A stretch of DNA of 54,020 bases from Bacillota bacterium (GCA_965657695.1 CBFHOU010000001.1:1519-55538), one strand, 5' to 3'. Counted from the first letter of the stretch, positions 27,239 to 36,701 are shown. Numbers and translations are program-made. The notes: generated from the sequence alone by a model not told the origin.

Positions 27239-28363
27239 ATGAGCGAGATTAAGAAAATAGGGATTTTAACGGGTGGCGGTGACTGCTCCGGATTAAATGC
27301 CGTGATTTATGCGGTAACAAAAACAGCAATCCTCAAGTATGGACTAGAAGTCGTCGGCTTTATGCGTGGCTATTCTGGGTTATACCATAAAGAATTCATT
27401 CCTTTAACACTACAATCCGTATCTGGGATTATGCATACCGGGGGGACAATTCTAAAATCATCCAATAAGGATAATTTATTCAATTTTCGTCTTAAAGAAA
27501 ATGGTGAATGGGTATATAAAGATGTTTCCCAAGTTGCCCTTGATAACTTAAAAGAGATGGGGGTTGATGCCCTAGTCATCTTAGGGGGCGACGGGACACT
27601 AACGAGTGCTCGTGACTTTGGACGACGTGGACTTCCGGTTGTGGGAATTCCTAAGACCATTGATAATGACTTGCCTTCAACCGATGTTACTTTTGGTTAT
27701 AATACATCTTTAGAATCCATTACCGATGCAATCGATAAAATTACAACAACTGCAGCATCACATGAACGAATCATGATCGTTGAAGTCATGGGTCGCCATA
27801 CTGGCTGGCTTGCGATAGAAGGCGGACTATCTGGAGGTGCTGATGTTATTTTGATACCAGAGATTCCCTACAGTATCGATCAAGTTGTGAAAAAAATCGA
27901 AGAACGCAATCGCCAAGACAAAAATTTTTCGATTATTGTCGTTGCCGAAGGGGCGAAAGAAATTGATGGTTCGATTCATGTTCGTGAACGAGTTGAAGAC
28001 AGTGCGGACCAAATTCGTTTGGGTGGTGTTGGCGGAAAAATTATGGCGGACTTACAAAAACGACTTCCTAATCAAGAAGTTCGTTATTCCAACTTGGCAT
28101 ATATTCAGCGTGGCGGGGTCACCAGCCAATTTGACCGTGTGTTAGGATTGCAATTTGGGTATAGCGCCATTGATTTACTCATGAGTGGAACCTATTCTCA
28201 TATGGTGACGTATAAAGATCACACCATTAAACATTTACCCCTAGAAGAAGTAGTCGGACGTGGTGAAACAGGAGAAACATCAGAAGGTGGAACCAAATTG
28301 GTGAATCCTACCGGGCTTTTGGTACGTACCGCAAAAGGATTAGGTATTGTCTTTGGCGATTAA
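27239..28363 (+). CDS. pfkA: 6-phosphofructokinase (PfkA family, long 374-aa type)
   Basis: Motifs GILTGGGDCSGLNAVI, ILGGDGTL, GIPKTIDNDL and VMGRHTGW. Confidence 0.9.
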   Translation: MSEIKKIGILTGGGDCSGLNAVIYAVTKTAILKYGLEVVGFMRGYSGLYHKEFIPLTLQSVSGIMHTGGTILKSSNKDNLFNFRLKENGEWVYKDVSQVALDNLKEMGVDALVILGGDGTLTSARDFGRRGLPVVGIPKTIDNDLPSTDVTFGYNTSLESITDAIDKITTTAASHERIMIVEVMGRHTGWLAIEGGLSGGADVILIPEIPYSIDQVVKKIEERNRQDKNFSIIVVAEGAKEIDGSIHVRERVEDSADQIRLGGVGGKIMADLQKRLPNQEVRYSNLAYIQRGGVTSQFDRVLGLQFGYSAIDLLMSGTYSHMVTYKDHTIKHLPLEEVVGRGETGETSEGGTKLVNPTGLLVRTAKGLGIVFGD

Positions 28364-28396
28364 ATACCCATTTCATATTTCAACCACTTCTTTGTG

Positions 28397-28528
28397 ATGT
28401 GGGTCCTGGGACTTGTTGCGATCGATGTATATAGTGCTGTTGCCTTATTGATATACCTTATCAACAAGGATCGATTATCAGTTGATGGGACACTTAAAAA
28501 TAGAAAAATTATAAAAGAGGACGCATAA
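28397..28528 (+). CDS. Candidate 43-aa small membrane protein
   Basis: Translation is MWVLGLVAIDVYSAVALLIYLINKDRLSVDGTLKNRKIIKEDA. The stop sits in the loop of the terminator hairpin. No clear SD is present. Not in the ORF track. Confidence 0.25.
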   Translation: MWVLGLVAIDVYSAVALLIYLINKDRLSVDGTLKNRKIIKEDA

Positions 28529-28539
28529 GCGTCTTTTTT
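28520..28539 (+). terminator. Intrinsic terminator downstream of pfkA
   Basis: GACGC-ataa-GCGTC followed by TTTTTT. Confidence 0.7.
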
Positions 28540-28639
28540 AAGGCATATTTTTGCCATGATATTTGTTGCTGTGATAGGATTTACCTACATCAAATTACAC
28601 AACGAATTACTTGATGGCTAGAAAAAGGAGAGTAATAAA

Positions 28640-29440
28640 ATGAAAAAGTTATTAGCATTAGTATTAACAATGTTCATCGCGGCATGCACGCCTGCAGAAG
28701 AACCATTACGCGTTGCCATGGATTTACGTTATCCACCGTTTGAAACGGTTGATACCGAAAATAATCCTGAAGGAATCAGTGTTGATACAGCACGTGCCTT
28801 TGGAGAGTTTTTGGGTCGTGAAGTCGAAATCGTAAATACAGAATTCGGAAGCATTATCCCGTCTCTTCAATCAGGTGAAGTGGATATCGCCATTGCGTCA
28901 ATGAGTATTACAGAAGCACGCGCGCAAATTGTCGATTTCTCAAATCCATACTTTTACTTCAAAATTATTACATTAGTAAATAGTGAATGGGCAGCTGCCA
29001 ATGGCATCACAGAAGATTCAACGGTAGAAGATTTGTTAGCCATTGAAGATGCGCGTTTCGTTGGAATTGCATCTCAAGTGTCGGCTTCGATTCCTCAAAG
29101 CTATGGAAAAGAAGTTCGTGAAGCTACCGACTTAGGAACTGCGGTAGAACAAGTTGCTCAAGGTACATCCGATGTACTACTTATGAGCGCGAATCCGGTT
29201 ATTGATGGCTTTAAAGCGAATCCAGATACGACGCTAGTCGTATGGGACTCATGGGTATCTAGTCCCATCGGGATGGCTGTCCAAAAAGGAAATACTGAAT
29301 TAATTGAACAAGCCAATGAATTCATTGCTTCATTTAATACACCAGGCGGTCTCTATGAAGAACTTGCCGCAACGTGGGATGAGATTTTATTAGAACGATT
29401 ACTTAATCGTTATGGAATTGACTTCTATATAAATGAATAA
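28640..29440 (+). CDS. Amino-acid ABC transporter substrate-binding lipoprotein (family 3 SBP)
   Basis: Lipobox MFIAAC. Motifs RYPPFE and DIAIASMSITEAR..VDFSNPY. Confidence 0.85.
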   Translation: MKKLLALVLTMFIAACTPAEEPLRVAMDLRYPPFETVDTENNPEGISVDTARAFGEFLGREVEIVNTEFGSIIPSLQSGEVDIAIASMSITEARAQIVDFSNPYFYFKIITLVNSEWAAANGITEDSTVEDLLAIEDARFVGIASQVSASIPQSYGKEVREATDLGTAVEQVAQGTSDVLLMSANPVIDGFKANPDTTLVVWDSWVSSPIGMAVQKGNTELIEQANEFIASFNTPGGLYEELAATWDEILLERLLNRYGIDFYINE

Positions 29441-30161
29441 ACGAATCGCTTATGCATTAGCGATCATAACAGTTGCGGCATTTGCCGCATTTGTTGTTTT
29501 TCGCCAACAATCAGGATTTCAACTAGAGGTCCTTGCTCCCTATCAAGATTTGATCTTGGAAGGAGTTGGAAATACCATTATTGTGTCCATCGTGACACTT
29601 TTTGGTAGTTTGATTGTTGGTTTCTTGTTTTATCTATTATCAATTAGTAAAAATAAATATTTTCAAGCATTAACGGACGTGTTTACGGAGATTGTGTATG
29701 GAACGCCATTGCTCGTGTTGGTGGTTATTATGGCATTTGTTATTGGACCTGCGTTTGGGACCTTTAACCGCAACCTTATGGGGTATATGGCACTAATTAT
29801 CTACATGACTCCATACATGAAAAACATTTATAAGTCATCGATTTCTTCCATCGGGGAAGAACAATATATGGCAATGGATTTATTTGGGTTTACGCCGTGG
29901 CAACGATATCGATATATTATTATCCCGCAGGTGGTGCGAGTCTTAATGCCACCGATGATGAATAACTTCTCAATGATTATCAAAGGGAGTGCCTTGCTTA
30001 ACGTACTTAGCTACGGTGAATTATTTTATGCGGTCCGGATTGCGCAATCTAAGACATTTGCCTTTGTTGAAGGATACATGTTGATGTGGATTTTATATCT
30101 CATCATTACGATTCCGTTATCTCAAGTGACCAAATACATTGAAAGAAGGTGGGGATTATGA
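29433..30161 (+). CDS. Amino-acid ABC transporter permease
   Basis: A polytopic protein with an EAA-like loop (EEQYMAMDLFGFTPWQRYRYIIIPQ). It overlaps the SBP gene. Confidence 0.85.
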   Translation: MNKRIAYALAIITVAAFAAFVVFRQQSGFQLEVLAPYQDLILEGVGNTIIVSIVTLFGSLIVGFLFYLLSISKNKYFQALTDVFTEIVYGTPLLVLVVIMAFVIGPAFGTFNRNLMGYMALIIYMTPYMKNIYKSSISSIGEEQYMAMDLFGFTPWQRYRYIIIPQVVRVLMPPMMNNFSMIIKGSALLNVLSYGELFYAVRIAQSKTFAFVEGYMLMWILYLIITIPLSQVTKYIERRWGL

Positions 30162-30862
30162 GATTACAAATCCAGAACCTTGTTCACAACTACGATGTTG
30201 AGGTGTTAAGTAACCTAAACTTTGAACTCAGTGAATATAACTCCATTGCCATCGTTGGTGTCTCTGGCTCAGGTAAATCGACACTCCTTCGAATCATGTC
30301 TGGATTAGAACAACCTACCGAAGGTGAAGTCTTCATTAATAATATGAGTGTAAAAGATCCCGATTACCGAAAGCATGTTGGATTCGTCTTCCAAAGTCAC
30401 AACTTGTTTCCTCATTTAACACTAAAGGAAAACATTACCCTAGTGCTAGAGAAAACAAGAGGAATTGAACCAGAAGAAGCTGAAGCGATTGCGATTCGAA
30501 ACTTAAATCAACTGCATTTAGAAGATCAATATAATAAGTTACCCAAAAACGTCTCTGGTGGTCAGGCTCAACGAGCCTCGATTGCTCGTGCCTTATCAGT
30601 AGATCCGAATATCATATTCCTTGATGAGCCGACATCAGCACTTGATCCCATATTAACCTTTGAGGTCTTAAGTGCGATTGAAGAGCTTCGGGACTCTGGC
30701 AAGGAATTTCTATTCGTCACTCACAATATGAAATTCGTAAAAGACTTTGCCGACTATGTTATATTCATGGATAAAGGTGAAATCGTCGAATATGGTCCAC
30801 CAACTATCCTCGATAAACCAGCATCCGAACAATTACAAGAGTTTATGTATAAATTAAAATAA
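30158..30862 (+). CDS. Amino-acid ABC transporter ATP-binging subunit
   Basis: Walker A GVSGSGKST, signature LSGGQAQR-type VSGGQAQRASIA, and Walker B IIFLDEPTSALD. The ATG at 30158 (ATGA overlap, GAAGG RBS) is preferred to the GTG at 30149. Confidence 0.88.
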   Translation: MRLQIQNLVHNYDVEVLSNLNFELSEYNSIAIVGVSGSGKSTLLRIMSGLEQPTEGEVFINNMSVKDPDYRKHVGFVFQSHNLFPHLTLKENITLVLEKTRGIEPEEAEAIAIRNLNQLHLEDQYNKLPKNVSGGQAQRASIARALSVDPNIIFLDEPTSALDPILTFEVLSAIEELRDSGKEFLFVTHNMKFVKDFADYVIFMDKGEIVEYGPPTILDKPASEQLQEFMYKLK

Positions 30863-30887
30863 GAATCCCTAGGATTCTTATTTTTTT
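30861..30887. terminator. Bidirectional intrinsic terminator
   Basis: AAGAATCC-cta-GGATTCTT followed by TTTTTTT. It lies between convergent stop codons. Confidence 0.75.
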
Positions 30888-31530
30888 ATATTGGCTGGAT
30901 TAACTCGTTATTGTCGACCTTTGAAGAGTTTACAAGGGTAGATACCGGGTACATGGTAAAGGAATCACTTGTATTATTCAAAGTTGGGGAATCATTTAAC
31001 CACATCGATATATATTCTTCTTCAATAAATAACGGCATTCGATCATGAACTGAAGATAAGGCATCGTTTGCATTGGTTGTTATGATGGCTGCAGTGTATT
31101 TTTTGCGTCCATCTTGGAGGACTACTGAGGTGAAGATGCCAGCCATATACGAGAACCCTGAACGCTTTTGAATATAATATGGCTGTTTTTGATTTTCACT
31201 ACGCTGCCATTCATAATAGCCATCTGTAACAATCAAACATCGACGGCGTTGGAATGAATCTTTGAAGCTGGGCTTTTGTGTGATGGTTTCCGCACGAGCA
31301 TTAATGAAAGGTTTGAATCCTTTGTTGGCAAATGAAGGGATAAATCCCCATTCAAGTTCACCTACTCGTAGAGATTGACCATCATGGATGATCGAAAGAA
31401 CTTTTTGACCAGGAGAAATGTTATAGCGTGGGTATGTCGATTCTATTTTGATGGATGACAATTCCAACTTTGAGGTTAAGTGATCTTCGATCTCTTTGTT
31501 TGTAAAACCAAGTGTAAAGCGACCGCACAT
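30886..31530 (-). CDS. SOS-response-associated peptidase (SRAP / YedK-HMCES family)
   Basis: N-terminal MCGRF (Cys2 nucleophile) and family-typical length. It starts 2 nt after the pepA stop. Confidence 0.85.
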   Translation of the reverse strand: MCGRFTLGFTNKEIEDHLTSKLELSSIKIESTYPRYNISPGQKVLSIIHDGQSLRVGELEWGFIPSFANKGFKPFINARAETITQKPSFKDSFQRRRCLIVTDGYYEWQRSENQKQPYYIQKRSGFSYMAGIFTSVVLQDGRKKYTAAIITTNANDALSSVHDRMPLFIEEEYISMWLNDSPTLNNTSDSFTMYPVSTLVNSSKVDNNELIQPI

Positions 31531-31532
31531 AA

Positions 31533-32963
31533 TTATTTTTCAAACTGTCGTATGTATTCTAATGTAGTTCGAACCATCGACCCAGTTCCAAAGTTGTTTG
31601 AGTCAGTTGCAGTTCCTGCAATATCACAGTGTACCCACTTGGTTCCTGGCTCAATAAATTCTTGCAAGAAGGCTGCAGCAGCTGATGCGCCCCCTGCACG
31701 GGTTCCTGCATTATCAATATCAGCTACTTTACCTTTGATGGCTTTCACGAAGAAATCACCAATTGGTAATTCCCACGCTAATTCTTGTTCACGCTCTGCA
31801 GAATCTAAATACTGCTTTATCATCTTACGATTGTTTGTAAATACGCCGGTGTAACCGCCTAATGCAACAACAACAGCTCCAGTAAGCGTCGCAAAGTCGA
31901 TAATATGGGTGGCTTTTTCTTTATTCTGAGCAAACCATAATGCATCTGCTAAGGTGAGTCTACCTTCCGCATCCGTTGAGAAAATCTCAATTGTTTTTCC
32001 GTTGGCTGCTGTTATGACATCGTCCGGAACAAAGGCATCACCACTGATCATGTTATCGGTGGAAGCGATCACTAATAGGATGTTTACTTTTAACTTCAAG
32101 GCGGCAGCAGCTTCAATAACCCCAAGTACGGTCGCTGCTCCCCCCATATCACATTTCATTTTTTTTGAATTGGTCTTGATATTATAGCCACCGGTATCGA
32201 ATGTTAATCCTTTCCCAACGAGGGTAATCGGATCACTCCATTTAGCTAATCCTTGATACTTTAAAACGATTAGTTTAGGTGGAATGGCGGAGCCTTGGTT
32301 AACTGCTAAAAACGCCGTCATGCCCATTTTCTCGATTTCCGGTTTGTCGTAAATTTTTGCGTTTATTCCATATTTCTTTGCCAGATCTGATGCATAGTTC
32401 GCTAAATCAATGGAATTGAGCAAATTGTGTGGGAGGTTTACCAATGTTTTGGCACTATTCATCGCACTTCCGACAACGAACCCTTGATCAATAATTGAGG
32501 ATATGTCTTTACTGGATATATAGGTGATTGAAATATCTTTGCGAGGAGTAGGTTTACTTTTTAGTTGATCAAAAACATATTTTGATGATGTTACTTCCTC
32601 TGCAAACAATTTAGCAACTACTGAAATTTTTGATGACCCAATAAATGAATCTAGAAAAACGGTCACATCCTGTGTCATTGATTTCGCAAAACTTTGAAAC
32701 ACTTCTCGGTATTCTTGTTGTGTTTTCTTTTTGTCCCCCAACCCAACGATGACAAGTCCTGGTGATTTATAGGTTCCGGGTAGCAAAAGTGTTTGGATAT
32801 CACCCTTACTCGACGACAATGATTTATTCTTTAATTTTCGTTCTAATAGTGATGATAAATCACTCCCTAAAAATGAGAGGTCTTTAATCCCTTTATCGAA
32901 CAATCCTACAACGATGACTTCTTGGATTGATTCTATTTGTTTCGCTTTCCCTTTTTTGAACAT
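31533..32963 (-). CDS. pepA: Leucyl aminopeptidase (M17 family)
   Basis: Motifs VGKGLTFDTGGYNIK and STDAEGRLTLADAL. GGAGGA RBS. Confidence 0.92.
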   Translation of the reverse strand: MFKKGKAKQIESIQEVIVVGLFDKGIKDLSFLGSDLSSLLERKLKNKSLSSSKGDIQTLLLPGTYKSPGLVIVGLGDKKKTQQEYREVFQSFAKSMTQDVTVFLDSFIGSSKISVVAKLFAEEVTSSKYVFDQLKSKPTPRKDISITYISSKDISSIIDQGFVVGSAMNSAKTLVNLPHNLLNSIDLANYASDLAKKYGINAKIYDKPEIEKMGMTAFLAVNQGSAIPPKLIVLKYQGLAKWSDPITLVGKGLTFDTGGYNIKTNSKKMKCDMGGAATVLGVIEAAAALKLKVNILLVIASTDNMISGDAFVPDDVITAANGKTIEIFSTDAEGRLTLADALWFAQNKEKATHIIDFATLTGAVVVALGGYTGVFTNNRKMIKQYLDSAEREQELAWELPIGDFFVKAIKGKVADIDNAGTRAGGASAAAAFLQEFIEPGTKWVHCDIAGTATDSNNFGTGSMVRTTLEYIRQFEK

Positions 32964-33081
32964 AACATCCTCCTAATAATTACAATTACAATAGCATATA
33001 TCTTACGTAACCTTAAGCATATAGAATGTATTTAGAATGGTAGAAGCTTATACTTTAGAAGTCAAAATAAAGGAGCAATTC

Positions 33082-34431
33082 ATGTCATATCGAGACTTAA
33101 CAACAGGTACGCTGCAAGACCATATACGTGTTATTGCCATTCCAGCATCAGTAGGCTTCTTTTTTAATACCATGTTTAATGTAGTTGATAGTTATTTTGC
33201 AGGTCAACTCGGAACAGCAGCACTAGCAGGCCTTGCGATTTCATTTCCCATCTTTTTTCTCATTATTGCCTTAAGTAGTGGCATCGGTAATGGGATGTCC
33301 GCACTAAGTGCAATTGCTCTTGGGAAAAAGGACGTAACAAGATTTCATGACCTTATTACTAATGCTGTATTCCTCTCGGTAATTGTGGGTGTCGTGTTTG
33401 GACTATTAGCACCATTTATTGTGGATGGATTGTTTACCTTATCAGGTGCGACAGGAGAAGCGTTTGAATACGGTACATCCTATACACGTACCATTTTTAT
33501 CGGGACCGTATTCTTTACCTTGAACTTTGCCTTTAATGGAATGCTTAGCTCCCAAGGGGATACGAAACCATTTAGAAATTACTTAATAGTCGGTTTCTTC
33601 CTTAATATATTTTTAGACCCGTTATTCATCTTTGGGTGGTTCGGGTTACCCGCATTAGGTACAGCAGGGGTCGCATTAGCAACGATCATTGTTCAAGCAA
33701 TTGGCTCGGTGTACTTGGGTTATAAAGTTGTAACATCGAAGACATTTTCTTGGGACTTGATTAAGCAGACTCGTCCATCCTTAAAGACAACGGGTGATAT
33801 TCTTCGTCAAGGAATTCCTGCTGCGTTAAATTCAGCAACCATTGCCCTTGGTGTATTTGTGATTAATTATTTTGTGGTTCTATATGGCGGTGAAGCAACC
33901 ATTGCCGCATACGGTGTGGCGCTTCGGGTAGAACAATTGATCTTACTTCCGACAATTGGCTTAAATATTGCAGCGTTAAGTATTGTTGGTCAGAACTTTG
34001 GGGCTGAGTCCTATGATCGAATTGTTCAGACAAGAAAATTAACCCAGCGATATGGAATTATCATCATGGCGATTGGTGCTGCAATTGTATTATTGTTCGC
34101 CCCATCGTTAATTAGTGTATTTGATTCTTCCCCTGATGTGGTTCAAGCGGGCGCAGAGTATTTACGAATCGCAACCTTAGTCTTTGTCGCTTATATTTAT
34201 TTAAATATTGGAGTTTCTGTATTGCAAGGAATAAAAAAGCCAAACTTCGCGGTTTATATCGGACTCTTTCGTCAAATCCTGCCCATAGTATTGTTTTATT
34301 TCTTAGGTACTGTCTTACAAATGGGAATCTATGGAGTGTGGTGGGGAATCGTAATTATCAACTGGCTAGCAGTAGCAATAACGATTTGGTATACCTCAAA
34401 TCAGTTGAACAAACTTGTAACCATACATTAA
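33082..34431 (+). CDS. MATE family efflux transporter
   Basis: A 12-TM-like protein with AIPASVGFFFNTMFNVVDSYFAGQLG. The ATG at 33082 follows AAAGGAG. Confidence 0.88.
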   Translation: MSYRDLTTGTLQDHIRVIAIPASVGFFFNTMFNVVDSYFAGQLGTAALAGLAISFPIFFLIIALSSGIGNGMSALSAIALGKKDVTRFHDLITNAVFLSVIVGVVFGLLAPFIVDGLFTLSGATGEAFEYGTSYTRTIFIGTVFFTLNFAFNGMLSSQGDTKPFRNYLIVGFFLNIFLDPLFIFGWFGLPALGTAGVALATIIVQAIGSVYLGYKVVTSKTFSWDLIKQTRPSLKTTGDILRQGIPAALNSATIALGVFVINYFVVLYGGEATIAAYGVALRVEQLILLPTIGLNIAALSIVGQNFGAESYDRIVQTRKLTQRYGIIIMAIGAAIVLLFAPSLISVFDSSPDVVQAGAEYLRIATLVFVAYIYLNIGVSVLQGIKKPNFAVYIGLFRQILPIVLFYFLGTVLQMGIYGVWWGIVIINWLAVAITIWYTSNQLNKLVTIH

Positions 34432-34511
34432 TCATCGTATAAAAAGATATATACAAAATATAGTAATTTTCTTATAATTGGTTCTTTACTACATTATAAT
34501 TGATACAAGAA

Positions 34512-34534
34512 AGGACATACATTATGTCCTTTTT
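34512..34534 (+). terminator. Intrinsic terminator about 80 nt downstream of the MATE gene
   Basis: AGGACAT-acatt-ATGTCCT followed by TTTT. Confidence 0.7.
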
Positions 34535-34552
34535 ACTTTTTAAAAACTTTGA

Positions 34553-34581
34553 TTGTAAAACTAATTAAATTAGTTTATAAT
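34553..34581 (+). promoter_or_regulatory. degV promoter with a 17-bp palindrome filling the spacer
   Basis: TTGTAA, a 17-nt spacer, then TATAAT. The spacer (34559-34575) is AACTAATT-A-AATTAGTT, a perfect inverted repeat. Confidence 0.5.
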
Positions 34582-34599
34582 GCTTTTCAGAGGTAAATA

Positions 34600-35442
34600 A
34601 TGGGAAAAATTAAATTGATTTTAGATAGTATGTCGTTAATAGATTTGATGCCAGACCGTTTGGATGCAGATGTCATTCGAGCACTGGTGAATTTTGATGG
34701 AAAAGAATATGTTGATGGATCGGACATTACACCAGAACAGCTCTATGAGTTGATGAGTGCAAAACCAAATGTCTTACCTAAAACATCTCAACCAACCATC
34801 GGTAAAACGCTTGAAGCATTTGAGAATGCGAAAGCAGCTGGATATTCTGACATTATTTGTATTACAATGTCTGATGGTCTAAGTGGAACGTATGCAAATA
34901 CAGTTTCTGCTAAAAATGAGATGGAAGGAATTAATGTTCATATAGTTAACTCCAAGACAGGTGGACTCAATGAATATTGGATGGCTCAAGAAGCTAAATC
35001 GATGATTGACGCCGGTAAACCAGCTCAAGAGATTGTTGATCACTTGGAGTCGATTAAATCGCAATACAAAATCTATTTGGTTGTCGGAGACTTAACACTA
35101 CTTCACAAAGGTGGACGATTAAGCACAGTGAAGTTTGCTCTAGGCCAACTTACAAAAACGAAACCAATTCTGAATGTCAACCCAGGTTCGATTCAAGCTG
35201 CTGGTAAAGCACGTACTATGAACCGTGCCGTTGATTTATTAATTGATACCGTAAATAAGGAATATCCTAAAGTTAAACAAATGGCGATTCTTCACTCTCA
35301 AGCATTCGAACTTGCAGAAGAAGTTCGCGAAAAAGTCTTAGGACTACGTAAGGATGTAAAAGACATCCCGATCCATGGCTTGGTGTCTACAATTGGATCC
35401 CATGTCGGTTTAGGTACAGTTGCCCTCACATTTAGAGTTTGA
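34600..35442 (+). CDS. DegV family fatty-acid-binding protein
   Basis: Motifs ILDSMS..., KTSQPT and SDGLSGTYANTV..VNSKTGG. 280 aa. Confidence 0.88.
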   Translation: MGKIKLILDSMSLIDLMPDRLDADVIRALVNFDGKEYVDGSDITPEQLYELMSAKPNVLPKTSQPTIGKTLEAFENAKAAGYSDIICITMSDGLSGTYANTVSAKNEMEGINVHIVNSKTGGLNEYWMAQEAKSMIDAGKPAQEIVDHLESIKSQYKIYLVVGDLTLLHKGGRLSTVKFALGQLTKTKPILNVNPGSIQAAGKARTMNRAVDLLIDTVNKEYPKVKQMAILHSQAFELAEEVREKVLGLRKDVKDIPIHGLVSTIGSHVGLGTVALTFRV

Positions 35443-35444
35443 TT

Positions 35445-35474
35445 AAAAAAAGAAGACCGGTTCGGTCTTTTTTT
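35445..35474. terminator. Bidirectional intrinsic terminator
   Basis: AAAAAAAGAAGACCG-gtt-CGGTCTTTTTTT, between convergent degV and chrA. Confidence 0.8.
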
Positions 35475-36567
35475 ATAGTATCAATCCAATTACAGCTCCG
35501 ATAAGGATGACAATTAGCACGGGGAGTTTCTTATAATACAAGACCCACACACTGAATAAAAAAAGAAAGAAAGGGATTGCACCAGTAAGGGTAAATTGTT
35601 GGAGAGGTACTACCACAGTGTTGAGAAATAACAACAGTGAGACACTGGTCATAAGACCAATGCTTGCAGCATTAATCCCTTTTAATGCAGCAGAGAGTAG
35701 TGCATTTTTTTTCAAAACCTCTACATATCGGTATAGAACGAAAGAAATAATAAATGATGGCAAGAAAATACCTACAGTAGCTAGGATTGCTCCTTGCCAA
35801 TTCCCCACAAGATATCCAATAAATGTTGCTGTTGTGAAGATCGGTCCAGGAGTTAATTGCCCAACGGTTACGGCATCTATCAGTTGTTGTGAAGTAATCC
35901 ATCCTAGCCGTTCAATGAAATCAGTATTCATATAGGCAAGTAACACATAACCACCGCCATAAAGAATCGACCCAATTTTTAACATGGTGTAAAAGAGTAC
36001 CCATAAACTAACAGGTTCGAGCATGTTTACTTTTGATTTGGTCTGTTGAAAAAGAACCATGATAACTCCGGCAATAAGTAACAAGGTGATTTCAGAAACG
36101 TTTGTAAAGTAAGCAATGATGAAAGACCCGATTAATATGGACCACGTAATCCACGTCGAAGCGACCTTCTTTGCTAGGCGTATGAGGGCAAGCAAAATTA
36201 CTGCGATAATAACGGAACTGATTCCTATTAGCATTGACTCAAAGGCTGGAATATTGCCAAACGTAACATAAATAGCACTCAGGATTAGAACCATAACAAA
36301 GGCAGGCAAAAGGAAGGAGATTCCTGCCAAAAGAAGGCCAATCCCTTTGGCTTTGTGATATCCAATTAATAAAGCCATCTCAGTTGAGTTTGGACCAGGA
36401 ATAATATTCGTAAAACCGATCATGTCTAAATAGGTCTCACGAGAGACCCATTTTTTCTTTTCGACAAACTCTGTTTCCATTAAAGCAATATGAGCAGCCG
36501 GCCCGCCAAATGCAATGACTCCGAGTTTTACGAACGATTGAACAATCTCTAAATATATTTTTCTCAT
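35473..36567 (-). CDS. chrA: Chromate transporter family protein (fused two-domain ChrA)
   Basis: Two CHR halves, each with a FGGP/GGGY-type motif (GVIAFGGPAAHIALME; GSILYGGGYVLLAYM). Confidence 0.88.
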   Translation of the reverse strand: MRKIYLEIVQSFVKLGVIAFGGPAAHIALMETEFVEKKKWVSRETYLDMIGFTNIIPGPNSTEMALLIGYHKAKGIGLLLAGISFLLPAFVMVLILSAIYVTFGNIPAFESMLIGISSVIIAVILLALIRLAKKVASTWITWSILIGSFIIAYFTNVSEITLLLIAGVIMVLFQQTKSKVNMLEPVSLWVLFYTMLKIGSILYGGGYVLLAYMNTDFIERLGWITSQQLIDAVTVGQLTPGPIFTTATFIGYLVGNWQGAILATVGIFLPSFIISFVLYRYVEVLKKNALLSAALKGINAASIGLMTSVSLLLFLNTVVVPLQQFTLTGAIPFFLFLFSVWVLYYKKLPVLIVILIGAVIGLIL

Positions 36568-36643
36568 AGCTAAAATATAGCATTCAAGCCAAAAAGATGA
36601 TGTTAAATCTAAATAAAATTAATTTTCTATCAAAACACTATTG

Positions 36644-36701
36644 CATATTACGAAGTAGTGTTTTATGCTATATATGTACTACTTCATATTGCGAAGTAAT
36701 G
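36644..36701 (+). promoter_or_regulatory. Repeat pair upstream of padR (candidate PadR operator region)
   Basis: Direct repeat CATATTACGAAGTAGTG (36644-60) / CATATTGCGAAGTAATG (36685-701), 15 of 17 identical. Also an inverted repeat GAAGTAGT (36653-60) / ACTACTTC (36678-85). Confidence 0.4.

Noticed and set aside
28360-28557. A 65-aa - strand ORF in the pfkA 3' region
   Set aside because: The + strand intrinsic terminator (28520-28539) would lie inside it, and it has no RBS. The + strand 43-aa ORF is the slightly better candidate, though still weak.
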